NCBI GenBank assembly: GCA_963839205.1
Contig: CAWITU010000006.1
Coordinates: 1 to 62,459 of the forward strand
Source of the DNA: an uncultured bacterium
GTDB taxonomy: Bacteria; Patescibacteriota; Minisyncoccia; Phycocordibacterales; CAWITU01
Length of the DNA: 62,459 bases
Reading direction: 5' to 3'
A program made the position numbers and the translations under genes. Positions 61,850 through 62,459 of the stretch are shown here, one piece after another (positions within the stretch are counted from its first letter, which is position 1; each line of letters begins with the position of its first letter). Under the pieces are notes generated by a model, which made no database searches, had not been told where the DNA came from, and saw only the letters and a list, made by a program, of their open reading frames with translations.

Positions 61850-62310
61850 GGTAACGTGCGCGAAAAAGTGGCTGCCGACCTGAACGCCGGGATAAAATAC
61901 AAACGCGGTAGGCAGAAGCGTGGCGTGGGGGCCGATGCGGACTTGAGGGCCGACAACCGCGTACGCGCCGATGTGGGCGTTTTCGCCGATGATGGGCAGT
62001 TGGATCGATGACGGCAGTCGGATGAATTCCGGGCCGATAAGACGGCGGCTGATAAAAGAGGCCGAGCGCGCGGGAGAAGCGTGGTAGGGATTCTTGATGC
62101 GCAGGGTGGCGGCGGAGATTTCCTGAAATTCAGGTTCGACGAGGACGGCGGCGGCGCGCGTTTTTCGGGCGAGCGCGGTGTAGCGGACGTTGGCGACGAA
62201 GGTGATTTCGGTGGGGCCGGCTTCTTCAATGCCGCTGACGCCGGTAACTGGATGGTCGGGTCGCCGCGGAGTTCCGCGCCGAGCTTCGTTGCTAATTCGC
62301 CGAGGTTCAT
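61850..62310 (-). pseudogene. lpxD: 5' fragment of lpxD (UDP-3-O-acylglucosamine N-acyltransferase), high G+C, truncated with 3 frameshifts
   Basis: The minus strand reads MNLGELATKLGAELRGDPTIQ / VTGVSGIEEAGPTEITFVANVRYTALARKTRAAAVLVEPEFQEISAATLRIKNPYHA / FSRALGLFYQPPSYRPGIHPTAVIDPTA / IGENAHIGAYAVVGPQVRIGPHATLLP... across three frames. This is the typical LpxD N-domain plus first hexapeptide repeats. Similarity stops near 61850, where G+C drops. Confidence 0.7.
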
Positions 62311-62459
62311 TGAGGAAATTGTAAAGGGTTGGGCCCGATCGGCGCGTTTCGGAACTGGTGATCTTCGGGATCGCCGGTGATACGACCCAGGCGATAGGTC
62401 AGGGGCAACTTGACGTCTCGTCACCACTCAGGAGAATTTGCCCTCCGAACTCCCGAGTT

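Noticed and set aside
61834-62427. Considered whether the 197-aa Pro/Ser/Arg-rich minus-strand ORF at the contig end is a real protein.
   Set aside because: It is an out-of-frame reading through the lpxD fragment. The correct frames give canonical LpxD sequence.

Overview
This 62.5-kb window comes from a compact, gene-dense, low-G+C bacterial genome. By eye the background is mid-30s % G+C. The gene content suggests a small-genome Patescibacteria/CPR-like organism, but that is inference only.

Recognisable core genes: htpX, msrB, an NRAMP transporter, murJ, lepA, tgt, and the F-type ATP synthase operon (atpB ... atpEFHAGDC). Also uvrB, uvrA, uvrC, ddl, trpS, an ABC exporter, scpA, scpB, a D-Ala-D-Ala carboxypeptidase, mraY, ftsW, murG, greA and lysS.

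RNA genes: RNase P RNA and five tRNAs (Ser-GGA, Ala-GGC, Gly-CCC, Arg-CCU, Ala-UGC). There is no rRNA and no CRISPR array.

Accessory, visibly higher-G+C patches:
- Two tRNA-adjacent islands, each with a frame-disrupted large serine recombinase (after tRNA-Ser and after tRNA-Ala).
- A complete IS30-family element with terminal inverted repeats.
- An orphan gene next to rnpB.
- A histidine-phosphatase gene plus a strong terminator wedged inside the atp operon.
- A high-G+C terminal 0.6 kb carrying a truncated, frameshifted lpxD fragment. It looks foreign or chimeric.

Most unusual signals:
1. At least 20 GC-rich, mostly perfect hairpins with unrelated sequences sit inside conserved housekeeping CDSs. 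Stems run 9-19 bp. In most cases the protein sequence is not interrupted.
2. A promoter-driven, roughly 300-nt GC-rich element upstream of ddl is closed by a 16-bp helix. I could not assign it to a known RNA family.
3. An FMN-binding / ApbE / membrane-FNR flavinylation module.
4. tRNAs abut CDS starts with 0-7 nt gaps.

About a quarter of the genes carry frameshifts or in-frame stops, several at short homopolymer runs. This points to assembly or sequencing error rather than decay, so pseudogene calls here are tentative.
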